From the human T2T-CHM13v2.0 reference genome, Homo sapiens: a DNA stretch of 64,000 nt. A model generated the notes under the pieces. The model was not told where the DNA came from. It saw only the letters and a program-made list of their open reading frames with translations, and made no database searches. How positions within the stretch are numbered: the stretch's first letter is position 1; each line of letters begins with the position of its first letter. The position numbers were made by a program, and so were the translations under genes. Positions 1 to 15,045 of this stretch are shown here, piece by piece. The stretch lies in assembly GCF_009914755.1 (NCBI RefSeq), contig NC_060930.1, one strand, 5' to 3'.

Positions 1-84
1 TCTCCTTTGCTAGCTTTACAATGTAAGGCAAGTAGAAAGGCTTCCTTATGAAGATTTGCCTGACATCTTCACACTTTCCTCACT

Positions 85-286
85 CATGCGATCCTCTCAC
101 CTCAGCCTCCCAAGTAGCTAGGACCACAGGTGTGCACCATCATGCTTGGCTAATTTTTAATTATTTTGTAGAGACAGGGGTCTCACTACATTGCTCAGAC
201 TGGTCTTGAACTCCTGGCCTCAAGCAATCGTCCTGCCTCAGCCTCCTAAAGTGCTGGAATTACAGGCATGAGCCACTGAGCCTGGC
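85..286 (-). mobile_element. Alu (J-like), partial
   Basis: Reverse-complement Alu motifs ...cctcagcctcccaagtagctagga...ctggaattacaggcatgagccac. Confidence 0.85.
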
Positions 287-321
287 ATAATTTGACCAGT
301 TTGTGAAAAGACTAGAGAATT

Positions 322-785
322 GACTCCCAAACTTTTTGATCTAAGGTCTCCTTTACACTCTGAAAAATTAAGGACCCTCAAAAGCTTTCTAAATTTTATA
401 TCTATTAATAGTTATGATATTCAAAATTAAAATGAAATTTTTTTAAAATATTAATTCATTTTAAAATAATAAACCTATTACATATTAACATACATAACAT
501 TTTCAAAAAATTAATGAGTGTCATTGTTTTACATTTTGCAAATCTTTTTAATGTTTGGCTTAATTGAAGAAAGCTGGATTCTCATCTCTTTCTATATTCT
601 GTCAGTTGTGGTATCACACATCATGTAACCTCTCAATTACTCCACTGTATACGCATGAGAGAATGAGAATGAAAAAGGCAAATAACATTTTAGTATTATT
701 ACGAAAACAGTTTTGATTTTATAGACTCCCTGAAATGGTCTTAAAGACCCCAGGGGTGCCCATGCCACACTTTGAGAACCATTGC
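322..785. mobile_element. hAT-Charlie DNA transposon (MER119-like)
   Basis: Ends cccaaactttttgatct... and ...cacactttgagaaccattg typical of the family. Confidence 0.6.
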
Positions 786-914
786 ACTGGAAAAAGTTTT
801 GGAGAACAGAGAGCAACCAGATTGATATTTATTGACTTACTGGTTTCTGAAAACCTCAGAACATTGACTTGGATTTATACCTTAAATCCTGTAATCTCTG
901 GCTTCACATTTTTT

Positions 915-1370
915 ATTCATTCATTCATTCATTCTGTCATTGAACAAACATTTGAATGAGAGTAAGTGACTGATCTCACTGTACTTTACTCTGGAAATAC
1001 AAAGGAATAAGACAGATCCTGACTTTGAACTCATGGTACAGAAATGGAAATAAAAGTAGTATGATAGTATAGTACAAAAATAGAGCAGGGTGTTGTGGGA
1101 GCATTGATGAGAAGAAAGTGTGAAGATGTCAGGCAAAGCTCCATAAGGAAGAATTTCTGCTTAAGTTGTAGAGCTAGCAAAGGAGAAAGGACACAGAAGG
1201 AAAAAGAGCAATTCAAGAGGTTCAGCAACATTGCTTTTTATGAATGAAACTGTATTTCACTATGGCTATGCAAATGAGAAGTGGCAAAAGATTAACTTGG
1301 AAAAGTAGCTAGAGTACAGATTGTGAAGGGCCTTATGAAGCCATTCTACATAATTTGGACATTATCCTTT
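915..1370 (-). mobile_element. L2 3' end fragment
   Basis: (ttca)n tail then aaacatttgaatgag, typical L2 3' end. Confidence 0.6.
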
Positions 1371-1587
1371 GTATTGGTGCTTGCTAGAGTTTACTATGGA
1401 TAAAAAAATCACTTAGGGAGCTTAATAAAACATAGGATCCTTTATTCCAGATTCTGATTCTTTAGGTTTAGAGTGCAGTTCAAGAATTCCTTAATTCAGC
1501 AAATATTTATTGCGTTCTGAGTCCCAGTCAGAGTTTATGTACTGGGGATGCAGCATCATGCAAGATAAGACATTTGGGGGTATTTTC

Positions 1588-1763
1588 TTTTCTTTTCTTT
1601 TCTTTTCTTTTCTTTTGAGACGGAGTCTTGCTCTGTCGCCCAGGCTCGAGTGCAGTGGCTCGATCTCGGCTCACGGCAAGCTCCGCCTCCTGGGTTCACG
1701 CCATTCTCCTGCCTCAGCCTCTTGAGTAGCTGGGACTGCAGGCGCCCGCCACCACGCCCGGCT

Positions 1764-1796
<33 letters not shown>

Positions 1797-1921
1797 TATT
1801 TTTAGTAGAGACGGGGTTTCACCATGTTAGCTAGGATGGTCTCGATTTCCTGACCTCGTGATCCGCCCACCTCGGCCTCCCAAAGTGCTGGGATTACAGG
1901 CATGAGCCACCGCGCCCTGCC
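1588..1921 (-). mobile_element. AluY with 17-bp TSD and expanded T30 middle linker
   Basis: AluY diagnostics (gcaagctccgcctcc, ttcacgccattc); TSD cattt(g/a)ggggtattttc at 1571-1587 and 1922-1938. Confidence 0.93.
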
Positions 1922-2849
1922 CATTTAGGGGTATTTTCAAGGAGTGTCTTTAAAGGCTACATTTTTAATTGTCCCAAGTGATTCTAATGTAAGTGGAACA
2001 GGGAAACCACATTAAGAAATGATGGCAAGATGTTGAAGGATTCTAAAAACATGAGTGATATGAGATTTATGTTTTAGAAAATCACTTTGCATATATAAGA
2101 TAGGTTAAACAGGTGTGTGACCAGAAAGTGAAGAGTTAGGGACCTATTGAACCAGTTCAAGAGCATTAATTTTTAGAGTCTAAGTGGTGACAGTGATAAA
2201 GAAGTTGTAGATAATTGGCAAGATTTAGAAAATGTGTCTGAAATAGAATCAGAATACTGTAGTAGGATTTTGTGATCTGTTGGATTGGGAACAATAGGTT
2301 ATTTTCAAACTTTTTTTGAAATTATTAACCTTGTGAAATAGTTGCATTGTAGGGATTTTCATCCAGAAAGAGAAGACTAAGAGATGGTTTTAAAACAACT
2401 GAATTGTGGAAAGACTAGAAGTCTTATTTTCTAGTAATGTTATTAATGGAAAACTCAAAGCATTTGACATTTATTTTTTAAGGTATTTAGTAAATATTTT
2501 CATTGTTAATACATAAAGTCATAGCTACAAAAGAAACATTAAAGCTCATATAATCCCAGTCTTTCATATTGAGGATGAAGAAATTTAGACACAGAGGGAG
2601 GAAGGGACTTTCTCAAAAGTCACATAACTACTTGATACCAGAGCCGTCAATATCTCCTGTTTTCCAGGCTAGGCTGCCAGTCGAGTATATAGATAGTCAT
2701 GAGCTCCATGTTTTAGCTAATGAATTACCTGTCCTCATTCTTATTTTTCTAAGGGAACAAATCTGACAAAATCAGAATTTATGAGCCTGGATGAATTAGA
2801 CCTTGTATAAGAACTTAGTTCAGTGCTAAAATCAAGAAAAATAATGGAT

Positions 2850-3190
2850 TGTGTGATTTTAGCCTGATTTCCAAGTACCACAAAATGGGCGGCTTAAGCA
2901 GCAGAAATGTATTATCTTACAATCCTGAAATTTAGAAGTCTAAGATCAGGATTGGTTCCTTCTGCAGAGTGTAAGGGAAAGATCTATTCCAACCCTCTCA
3001 CCATGGCTCATAGATAGGCATCTCCTCTGTTTTTGCTTTGTCTTCCCTCTGCAATTGTCGATGTCCAAGTTTCCTTTTATAAGGACAAGTCTTATTGAAT
3101 TAGGACCCACCCTAATGACCTCATTTTAACTTGATTACCACTGTAAAGATTCTATTTCCAAATAAGGTCACATTCTGAGGTGTTGGGGCT
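2850..3190 (-). mobile_element. MLT1 (ERVL-MaLR) LTR
   Basis: taccacaaaatgggcggcttaa...ctaatgacctcattttaacttgattac...ccaaataaggtcacattctgagg. Confidence 0.75.
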
Positions 3191-5445
3191 CCCATGGCAA
3201 TTCATTTTCTTTTTTAGTTTAGTTAGAATATCAAAGTGTGGCTAACTAACTACTCTGTAATGTTCACATTCTGATTTCACGTTCAGGAAAATTTCGCACT
3301 CAGGAAAACTGACTTCCCCTCAGATATAGACCAAATGTACACACTTATATCATACTGCCTATGCTGAAATGTGTTAAATAGCAGTTCCTAAAAAAAATCA
3401 TCAGATTTGTTGAGACTCTGATTAAAGCAGTGGACCTTCTCCCCAGAGAAACACACCAATCAAATTTACTATTGTTAAAGAAAAAAATTCTTAGCTGTGC
3501 AAAAAGTGTCATCTTAGTGTTGATTTTACAGTATAATTTGAGAAATAATCATTTTACATGTAACTTTCAGTAAGCTGTTGTGCAAATAAGATACAAACAA
3601 TTCCTTCAGATCTATTATGTCAGAATTGCCTGTCATAGAGTAACTTTGTGAAATGTAAGTCAGTTTCCTTTGTTGGTATTGTAGCACTATCATCAGTTTC
3701 TTTAGAATGGAGTACAGGAAAGGTAGCCATGTAGCCACTTATATGAACTCTCATTTCTTCTTTAAGCTTGGTTATAATACATTAATTGCATATAAACATA
3801 GCAACAGCAATCATACTGTAGTTCTAATTGTTTTTAGCACATACCCTTTTACTGAACTACTATTTTTAAGAATATGTAATATCTTATCAGTTCACCTATA
3901 GCACCTGTATTAGTGAAAATAATTCAGGATATGTATTTGTTTTGCAGTTGCTAGAGGGCTACCCACTTTCTACCTGTGACAGACCAAATCTAATTACTTA
4001 GGTCATGCACAATTCTTAGGTTATGTTTAGTAGATACTGGGGGTCACAGACAGTGGGAGGTAGGTGAGCATTAGTTAATTCCTTACAGCCTTGCTCTCAG
4101 GTTATAATGAAACCAAGTTCTGGCACACTTAAAAACATCTACTGGCAAACAGAGATTAAAAGTAACACAACCTGTTCTGTAAGCTTATTGAAGTCCCAGT
4201 GTTCTGCCCTTGTTTCATGCTACCGCAGAACTGCTTATAAAAGATTTACCTGAAGAAAATGCAACAATATTCTAGCTGTAGGATTTGGTTGGCTACCTGG
4301 TTAACTCAGTTGACTAAGAATCCTTTGAACTAGCGGCTAAGGATCCCAGGCAAAGGTGAAGGACTTGCTTGATTTGTATATTCTAGTTCATATGAATATT
4401 ACTAAAATGTTTTAGCTAGTCCAGTATCTTGAAAACCATTAATCTATGAAAATCCATTCCTGATAATCATTATGCTAATCAAAAATATTTGGTGCTAAAT
4501 CAGTGATAAAAGCTAGTTGAAGAGCTTAAGCTTTGGAATGTGGCTTTTGATCAAGTGTGGCTAACTAACCACTCTGGAATGTTCACATTCCCAGCTAGGA
4601 AAACTGACTGCCCCTCAGATATAGACTAAAATGTACACATATATATCATACTGCCTATGCTGAAATCTGTTAAATCACAGGCCACATGACACCACCTATA
4701 TTCTTATCCTGTGGTGTTAGAATTTAGGAGTTTCTGTACCCTCTTCCCTCTTTTTTTTCCAGTTAAGTTACTAATTTTTAGATGAGAGAGTTGTATTTTC
4801 TCTCCTTATCTCAAAGAGATTTTTCTAACACATGGATGGATAAATAGACTTCTGCCTGACTAACTACCTTTCTTTCATTGTTCCTTTTAAAATTTTTATC
4901 TTATAGTTTTAAAAAGCATTTTGTGTTCATTGAAGAAAATATAGAGGACAAAATGACCTGTTATCCCACCATTCAGCAATGATCATTGTTTGTTATATTT
5001 TAGAAATTAAAACTCACCTATTTTTTGTATCTGTTTCCATTAAAAAAAGTAACATTTCTGGGATCTTATTTTATCACCTAACAGTATAACATGGATATTT
5101 CCTTGAGTCATTATTTAGCAATGTGGTTTTTAATAACTACATAAGATTTCGTTGTATGGCTAGACTATCATTTATTTAAACAATTCTCCATTGCTGGACA
5201 TGTAGAATATCTCTAGTCTACTAGTAAAGGCACTGCCAGACTTTTTAGATTTAATTCCTTTCCCTTCCTCAAACCTGGTCCTTATGTGCCCATCATTTCC
5301 TCTGTCATTGGCTGTAAAAATGCTAATTTCCTTTTCTTTGGGCCAATCTTACAAAATTCTTTATTTAGGTTTTAAAAATGTAATTTTAGCTATCCACTAA
5401 TATAAAACTTATAATTGCATAAAGTAGGTTAAAAATACTGTGTAG

Positions 5446-5661
<216 letters not shown>

Positions 5662-6937
5662 TGACGGTTGTATTAATTTGCATATCACCGGGATCAAATT
5701 TAGAGGAAAAGGCAAAGAAAAGATGGTAAATCTAGCAAGTGTTTGAATGATTTAACTGAATTACATCATTTTAATGTGAATTTTAAAAATCAGTTCATTC
5801 ATTTTATTTATTCATTTAGCAAATACTTGTATCCAGGCCTGGGGAAGCAGGAAGTGAACAACAACAACAAAAAGCCCCTGACCTTTGGAGTTTATATTCT
5901 AGGGAGAGGAAAAGATGATAAACAACAAATAAGTAACTTTAGGCAGTGATGGCTGCCATATGGAACATAAAGCCATGTGAGGGCTGGAACGTTCTTTAAG
6001 ACAGGGGATCAGTAGAGTCAGGTTTCTTTGAGGTAACATTTGAGCAGAAACCAAATGTTACAATGGAGGGAGCCATGTGAAATGCCTGAGGCGGGAACAA
6101 GCTTGGTACTCTCAGGACACAGCAAAAAGGCCATGTAGCTAGAGCAGAATGAACAATGGCAGTGATAGGAAACAAGGCTGCAGAAGTAGGCTTGATCCCA
6201 TCGGGCCTGTGGGCCATAGGAAAGAGTCATTAAGTTTATTAAATTTACAGTAGGCAACTATAGACCTGTGAGTCGTCCACAATAGTATACACTCAGGCAA
6301 TGTTAATTAATGGCAATAATTTAACCTCCAGAGCTAGAAACATAGTCCTGGGAGAATGCCATCACAAAATCAACCTGCCCATATTTGAAGAGAACAGTGT
6401 GTCCTAACTGGCATAACTGAAGAATTAGTTCTCAAATCCATGCAAAGCCTGTTTTTCTTTTCTATTGTTTAAAGCTTACTCATTTCTCTAACATTCTTTC
6501 AAGAACAATTAATTTAGAAACAATTTATAAAGGTACATTCTCCTTATTTAATTTTAAAATTAGAAATTTTTTAGAGTTAAAGGCCTTTATTATTAGTTTA
6601 CTTACCTCATTTTACTTGAGGCTGAGATTAAGAAGGGTAAGAGGCACATCCAAAATTACAATTGGAGTATGATTTTTAATATTTGAAGTAGTAATACTCA
6701 GAAAAATACCTTCATTCTGCAAAGCGAATAGTAATCATAAATACTATACATAATGACAATTCTGAGAGTAAAATGAACATTATAAAAGCCACTTCATAAA
6801 TGTTTTGTGAGGCCGTGATGAGATAATGCCTATACAGTGCTTGATGTATGATAAATACTTGGTAAATGATAACTTTTTAAATTTACATTTAGCATTCAAT
6901 ATATTGGCACTGCCTAGGACATTTTAATGAATTTTTA

Positions 6938-7291
<354 letters not shown>

Positions 7292-7344
7292 GTAAAATGT
7301 AGCTGCTGGGGTCTTAAAATACATCGCAGTTTGACATGGACCCT

Positions 7345-7770
7345 TGTGTCAGTTTGGGTCCCCTGGGAAGCAGATGCTAGGATGGGATTAGATGTACAAG
7401 AGATCTACTAGTAGAAATGCCTGTAAAGGATAAAGGGGAAGGGAGGCAGAAGAAGGCAAGCGAAGCATTTAGGCCACAGTGCAGGTCTGACATTTGTGAA
7501 GGGAAAAAGACAAGGAAGGAAGAAAGATTAGGCAAGAAGAGTCTCAGACTACAGCACAGTTCTAAGAAAGCATTGGGAGACCATGAAGAGTCTGCAAGCC
7601 AAAGTTTCTGGTAGAGGAGACCTGCAGAAATGGGCCTGCTTTACTGTGCCCATACAAGCAGTGTCATTGGCTGGGAGCAGTGCAAACATGGTGATGGATC
7701 CAGAGCAGTGGCAGATGGGGTTGTCAATTATGTATGCTCCTCCAGCAAAAGATAGGGGTCACACGTTTCC
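7345..7770. mobile_element. Old MLT1 (K/L-like) LTR
   Basis: tgtgtcagtttgggtcccctgggaagcagatgctaggatgg start resembles MLT1K/L. Confidence 0.5.
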
Positions 7771-8070
7771 ATGATGCAACCCTAAGATGAACAAATAGCT
7801 GACTATAGGCAATTAAAAGTAAAATATTTAATCTCTAAGAGCCAAAATATAGGTTCAGTGAAACTTTCCAAATTAGCTTTCTGCACATTCTGCATTTTTT
7901 GTACAATTCATAACATGAGCAATGATAATGGTGTTACAAATAATATCAAATTTCTATTCCTTTGGATAAGATGTAATTGATATACTAGAAAAAAAAAAAA
8001 AGAGTGCTTTGGGGTAAATATAAGTAGTTTTCTTACCCAAGAAGTTTTCCCTTTTAGAATGTGGTGTTCA

Positions 8071-8389
<319 letters not shown>

Positions 8390-9249
8390 TCATTTTGTTA
8401 TCGTTACTTTTTTAGGGTTTAGAGACTCATTTTACATTTTTATATGTGTATTCCTCCATTTCTTTTTTTCTCTAATCCCATGACAGATTCTTATTCTCCA
8501 GCATTTCTTATTCCACATGTAGAGCCATAAATAAACTCCTAAAAATCACATGAAGTTTTTTTCCCATAGATTGCTAGTCTCATTTCATCTTCACATTATT
8601 CCTGGGAGTAAGAAACAATAACAAACAACAGCCACTGACAAAACTAAAACTAAAACTCAGCAACTTTTAGTTTCTAACCCAGTGCACTTTTATTTATGTT
8701 ATAATAAATGTTTATTGCTTTGTAGTATTACAAACAGTAAACATGTACAATAAACAGTAACAAATAATACCCACTGACAAAACTAAAACTCAGCAACTCT
8801 TAGTTCCTAACCCAGTGCACTTTTGTCTAGGTTATAATAAATGTTTATTACTTTGTAGTATTTAATAAACTTTTTAAAAATTAGAATGAAAAATGAAGGA
8901 AAAAGTATAGCTGAATATAAAAATGCTTTTGATCATTGTCATTAAATCAGAAGTAAACACTTTTGTAAAAAATTTGGAGAGTATGGAAAAGAAAAAAAAG
9001 GAATTGTTCATAATCCATAGCTCAAAGACCACCACTGTTAAAATCTGAGAATAATTCTTTCTATTGTTTCTTCTGTGTGTACTTGTGTTGCTGTGATCAT
9101 AATGTTTATATAATTTTGTTAAATTACATAAGCAGATAAATGATTTGTTAGGATATAATCGTTTTATAATAATAATAATAATTTGAATCGTCTAGCCCTG
9201 ACTTTCCCTTCTGACTCTTGCTAGTTGCTAGCCCTATCATATAGCCTAA

Positions 9250-9405
<156 letters not shown>

Positions 9406-12400
9406 TAAATGCAAGTTACAGCATTTTCTGTTTAAGCACTACACTTAAAGTTTATAGAATGAACTGATAGACTTTTCAAAAATCTTTGTTATTTTTCTAT
9501 CTAATGAAAGTTTATATAGGCTCAGTAAGAAAAATACTAACTATATCATTTAACCTACATTTAATTTTGTCTATGCTCTACTTTTTTGCATAAAGCATTC
9601 AAGGCAATGATATTTGTATGTATTGTTTTTCATATAAATAGACCTTATAGCACTTTGAAATTGTTCACAAATTTAATTATGCAGTGCTTGTGAAATGTGT
9701 TCCTGAACCAGATGCTGTGAAGCTAACAAAGTTACGTTAAATATTGTGCTTCTTTCTGAAAGAGCTTACGGTGTAATACAGCATGTGAACATACGTTTTA
9801 AATAAATAAGATATACAGGACTTATATCTTAAATTACTAACAAAATGAAATACAAACATAACATGAGCATGCAATACTAATAATTTACATTGCCATGGCA
9901 GTTTGCTGTTTCCAAAAGCACTTTCACATATGTAACCTTGTATATTGCATGTAGCATGTGTTGGGGTATTGTAATTTGGTATGATACTGTATTAGTTTGA
10001 GAAGACTTCCAGCAGGAAATGGCTTCTTATTTTGATGACAATGATGGGAGGGTGGGCAGGGAAATGGTTTCACTAAATAAATGTTAATCATTGTGGCCTT
10101 CCTAAAATAATCACTTGCCTTTAATCACCCTTCAAATAGCCAGGGGAAAAGTAGTTCTATTTCTAAACTGTCTCACTGTGCTAGCCCTGGTGCTAGGTAC
10201 CTTCCATATATGCTCCCACTTAATTTACACAATATCCCTGTGAGGCGGTTACTATTATTCATTTTGCAGTAGGAATTGAGTGCTCAGACAGGCTACATAA
10301 CAAGTGGGGAATTTTTTTAAAAACACTTACTATATTCAGAGAATACTTCCCAAAATAACAGTGGATTTGTGTACTTGAGATTTCTTTTATCTGATTAAAA
10401 CAGAATGCTAGTGATGGGGGTTTTCCATTTTAAATTTCTTCATTCTTAGAGGTAGACAGACCTTCCTTCCTTCTTACAGATATAAGGTTTAGCTTATAAA
10501 TTAGTTCATACAGTTTTATGAAGAAGAAACATATAAGCAGATTGCTTTTGATCAAATAAATAATTACCATTTGTGTGTACATAGGTAGGAATTGAAAAGA
10601 AGTAGATTTTAATTTCCTTTTTGTCATGATGAGAAGGCAAGACAAGTTAAATAAGTGAATAGCATTTTTATACAAGCAACATAATACAGATAAAATAATC
10701 GTGGTGGCATTCTTCCTTCTTGGTGAATCTGTTTCCTGCAAGGCCCTATGTTCCATGTGCTTTAGGGGATTTAATAGTTAAGATCAAGTCTCTTTAAGAC
10801 CTTTTCATCCAAAGGAGGAAGTAGACTAAATAAATTATCGTAATTCCGGACATATTTAGTGCAATGACAAAAAGTAAAAGGAAAATTTAGGAGTATCAAA
10901 AAAACCAAAGGATTAATTTTGATAGATTATCCTGGACAGCTTTAAAGAAAAGATGTGATTCTTTTTTTCTTAATCGGTACACAGGGAGGAGAATTTCTTA
11001 AATTCTGGAGAATTTAAGGTGGGCCACAGTTCTCCTCATTCAGTTTCCTCTTTAAATATCTCAATGTTACTTCTTCTTGGCTTTCTTTTGATTTGAAATT
11101 ACTATTTGTAATTTGGTGGGGGGAGAAGGGTAATATCCATTTGAAAAATATTTGCATAAATAAGGGCTTGATCCCTTACAAAGTATCATTAAATAAGGCC
11201 TCCAATCTTATGACTGCTTTTATATTAATTTTATATGAGACTCTGGTCTCATATAAGCCTGTTGAGCAAGTTTTTTTTTCTTTAAACTATTTGTGATAAT
11301 AACTAAGATAATAACTAATGAGAAATAAGTAGATGATTTGATAGTCTTATTTTGCCAACTTCATAACAGCAAATAAACAGTTATCACTGTTTTTGATATT
11401 TGGCACTCTTCTTGAAGACTGATAATGGCAATGAAGTTTCAATGGCAAAAACAAAAAAATCTTAAACATCCTCCATCATAAGAGAAGTAGAACACTTCGA
11501 AAAGATTCGTTTAATTCTCTTTACTTTTTATTTCTCCATGAAGGTATTTTAGTGACATTAAAGAGTCTGGTTGTATTTAACTTGCAGTTGATTTCCATCA
11601 AACAAATCATTTGAAAGGAATATTTGTGTTGAAGGTACTTTTCTCTGTTCTACATAGATTTGGAATCTTTTATGTAGATTTTGGAGTTTTTTAAAAAAAA
11701 ATAGCATCAGTATTTAAAAATCTACTTTTAAGGTCTAATAATGTTAAGTGTAAACATGAAGAAATGTCCTGGGTAACTATTACTGTCTTCTCCCACCAAA
11801 ATCATCCCAAATAAAATACAGTTTTTTGTTCGTTTGGTTTTGGTTTTTTTTTAGATAGAGTCTTACTCTGTCGCCCAAGCTGGAGTACAGTGGCACAATC
11901 ATGGCTCACTACTAAGCACTTTCTATATTGAAATTTTCGGAACCACTGTTTTCTTATCTTTTTTCTTTTAGAATTTTTATAAGAAGTACTTAGAAATTTT
12001 TCTGAGGGAGCATTCAAAAAGAGATATGAGTCACTTAGGATACATTAAATACCTCACCTTTGAATTGTGGTTGATTCCCAGTTTAATCCGAATACATATG
12101 ACATTCTGCCGTGAGTCTTGAACACTAGATTAGATTAAGGTTGCAGCAGTGTCTTGCATGAGTTACTCAACACATTTTCTGAACCTGTGCCATCTAGGAA
12201 AGAGGTAACTGAAACTATAGAGTCTGCTCATTGGCAAAGAAAGACAAGAAGCTAGTAGTATCTTTAAAATTGTAATAGTAACTCAATTTCTTGTTGGAAT
12301 GCAAATTTATGTCTGAAAGTAATAATAAAGAATATGGACTTGTGTTTTCTATATCTGTGGTTTTTTTTATTTCATGTTTTCTAGTAATTTATTTTTATTG

Positions 12401-12564
12401 TATTTAACAAAAGTGCTGCTCTGTGACAGATTGGAAAGGAAAAGGAAAAAAAATGGATCCTTCCACTAGTGGTTTGAAAAGCACTAAACTACCTCCACAT
12501 AGTACATCCATACAATGGTGTACTACACGTTGGTTAGAAGAGAAAAGTGGCTACCATCTGTATA

Positions 12565-13077
12565 CAATAGTCCCATCCACCTTATCCATGGTTTCACTTT
12601 CCAAGGTTTCAGTTAGCCATGACAACCATGGTCTAAAAATATTAAATGGAAAATTCCAGAAATAAACAATTCCTAAGCTTTCAGTTGTGTGCCATTGTGA
12701 ATAACATGAAGAAATCTCCCTTTGTCCAGCGGATCCATGCTGTAGATGCTATCTACCTGTTAGTCACTTAGTAGCCATCTTGGCCATCAGATTGGATGTT
12801 GAGGTATTGCAGTGCTTTGTTTTTAAGGAACCTTTATTTTACTTAATAATGGCCCCAAAGTGCCAGAGTAATGATGCTGGCATATTACGGTTGTGCTATT
12901 TTATTGTGAGTTATTGTTGTTAATTTTTTACACTGCCTAGTTTATAAATTAAACTTTAACATAGGTATATATGTATAGGATAAAACATAGTATATGTAGG
13001 GGTTGGTACTATCTTCAGTTTCAGGCATCTACCGAGGGTCTTCAAACGTATCCCCCAAGGATAAGAAGGGACTACTG
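12565..13077 (+). mobile_element. MER44 (Tigger-derived MITE) with TA TSD, inserted in an old L1M fragment
   Basis: TIRs caatagtccc...cttatcc / ggataag...gggactactg flanked by TA. Confidence 0.8.
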
Positions 13078-14528
13078 TAGTACTATGGAATGATTTCCAC
13101 AAGATATATTGCTATATTTTTAAAAAGGTAAAGAAAAATGTGTATAATATTTTTCACTTATCTAAGGGGGCAGATATAAATGTATATATACATATTCACT
13201 TATATAAAGCAAAACAATGGAAAGTTTAAGCATTTTTTAAGTCGTCATCTATGAAGAAGGGAGAAAATGAAGGGGGTTAGGAACAGACTTTTTTGAATAT
13301 ACTGTATTATATAAATTTGACTTGGGAACCATATAAATATTTAATATTATAAAACTATAGTGTTTAAAAAATAATGTCCAAAAATATATAGTACCATAAA
13401 TCAAATTAACCTAAATATGATTCTTGTTGGTAGTGTAACTACAAAGACAGAAACTGTGCTAAATTACTTTGAAACAGAAATTTCATGTATATCCTTAGTA
13501 GGATATATACTCTTCACACACAAAGAATTGGAAAAACAGAAACCTTAAACTCTTTTACACTGAGACTGTTGTGTATAGAGTGAGGGATGAAACAAATTAG
13601 TAATTATGTTGCTTTCACCTATTTTTTATGTGGACAAAAAGAAACACAGATGTAAGATCAATGAGATTAAGTTAAAAACCTTTTGACTAATTTTAGACTA
13701 ATTTTCTAAATTTTGACTAATTTAGAAATATCAGTATGAATTCATGATGTATATTACCTTTTTGATCATATGCACATATAAATAAATAAATAAATAAACA
13801 TTTATTAGCTTAGTTCACTGAAAAAATCTTAGAAATAATGACCTACCCAGTAGCAATGAACATTCTGCATCGAAGGTTTTGGTCTCTACCATTTCCTGCT
13901 ATGAGAAAACAGGACCCAGTGAAATTGGTGATATCAAGTCTGCAGCAAGAATTAAATGAGATGAACCCAGAATAAGTTTTCATGTCAGAAACTGTAGATA
14001 CTATAAAAGACTAATAAAAGATTATACAAATCAAAAGGATTCAGGAGGCAATGTGAATAGTCTTCCAGAAGTGAAAGATGGGCAGTTTGAACATCGATAG
14101 AGATAATAACTACAGTGGATTGATACACATGAAATATATGTGTAAATTCATGTGTTTATGATCGTAAAACAAAAAAAACTTCATATTTACCTTTGAAGGA
14201 TTATAGGACCTACTTCATTATTTCTAAAACAGCAAGTTAGGGAAAAGAAAGAAATATTTCCTCTGCATTTCCTATATGATTTTGTAATCTATCTATACAT
14301 AACACTCAAGGAGAAAAAGATTGTAAGAATATATACCAGTTAAAGTGGTTGTTATTGATTACTGGAATTAAAATTTTTTTTTACCGTATTTTGTGGGCTT
14401 GCTTTTCTGCAGTTATGCTGTGTTGCTTTTAATTTTTTTTAAAAAGTAAAAATAGATCTATAAAATTCAGAGTTTTCTATTAGATTATCTAGATTATTAT
14501 TTTCATATTTTTAAATTTTGTTCTTTAG

Positions 14529-14572
14529 GCCTTCAAACAAGCTAGAAATATGGGAGGATCTGAAGATAATAA
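14529..14572 (+). CDS. PEX3: PEX3 exon 4
   Basis: tttag|GCCTTCA...ATAATAA|gtaag, 44 nt; PSNKLEIWEDLKII. Confidence 0.96.
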
Positions 14573-15045
14573 GTAAGCCTGCATATTCTGTGTGACAGCA
14601 CATCCTTAAAATATTTATAAAGGGAAATGTTTGCATTCTATTAGGATGACTCTTCTTTACCTGCCTTTTAGAATTGTTGTTAGTATTAAATAATATAGTA
14701 CAGGTAAAGCAAATAGATCAATGTCTGGTCATAGAAAGCATTCAGTAAATGTTAGTGGTAATGCTATTGTTATTATGATGATGATGGTAGGTAAAATTGT
14801 CCTAGACTACATATGCCTTTATTAGGTACTGATATCTCTAATGTGCTTTAAAGGAAGTTTTTATTCCAATCCAGATCATAGATTTACTTTGATATTGTAT
14901 TGTAAATTTTTGTTAGTGATAAAAAATTGAAACAAAAAGCTAAACTAGGGCCTACGTATCTGCTTGTCTCAGAACTGTTATCCTGTTTTCCCATCCATTC
15001 AGCTAATCCTTGTCAGCAGAATGATGCTTAAGCCTTGCCTATTTG

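Noticed and set aside
8632-8862. CRISPR-like repeat-spacer array
   Set aside because: Only two long imperfect copies in a mammalian intron, with no cas genes
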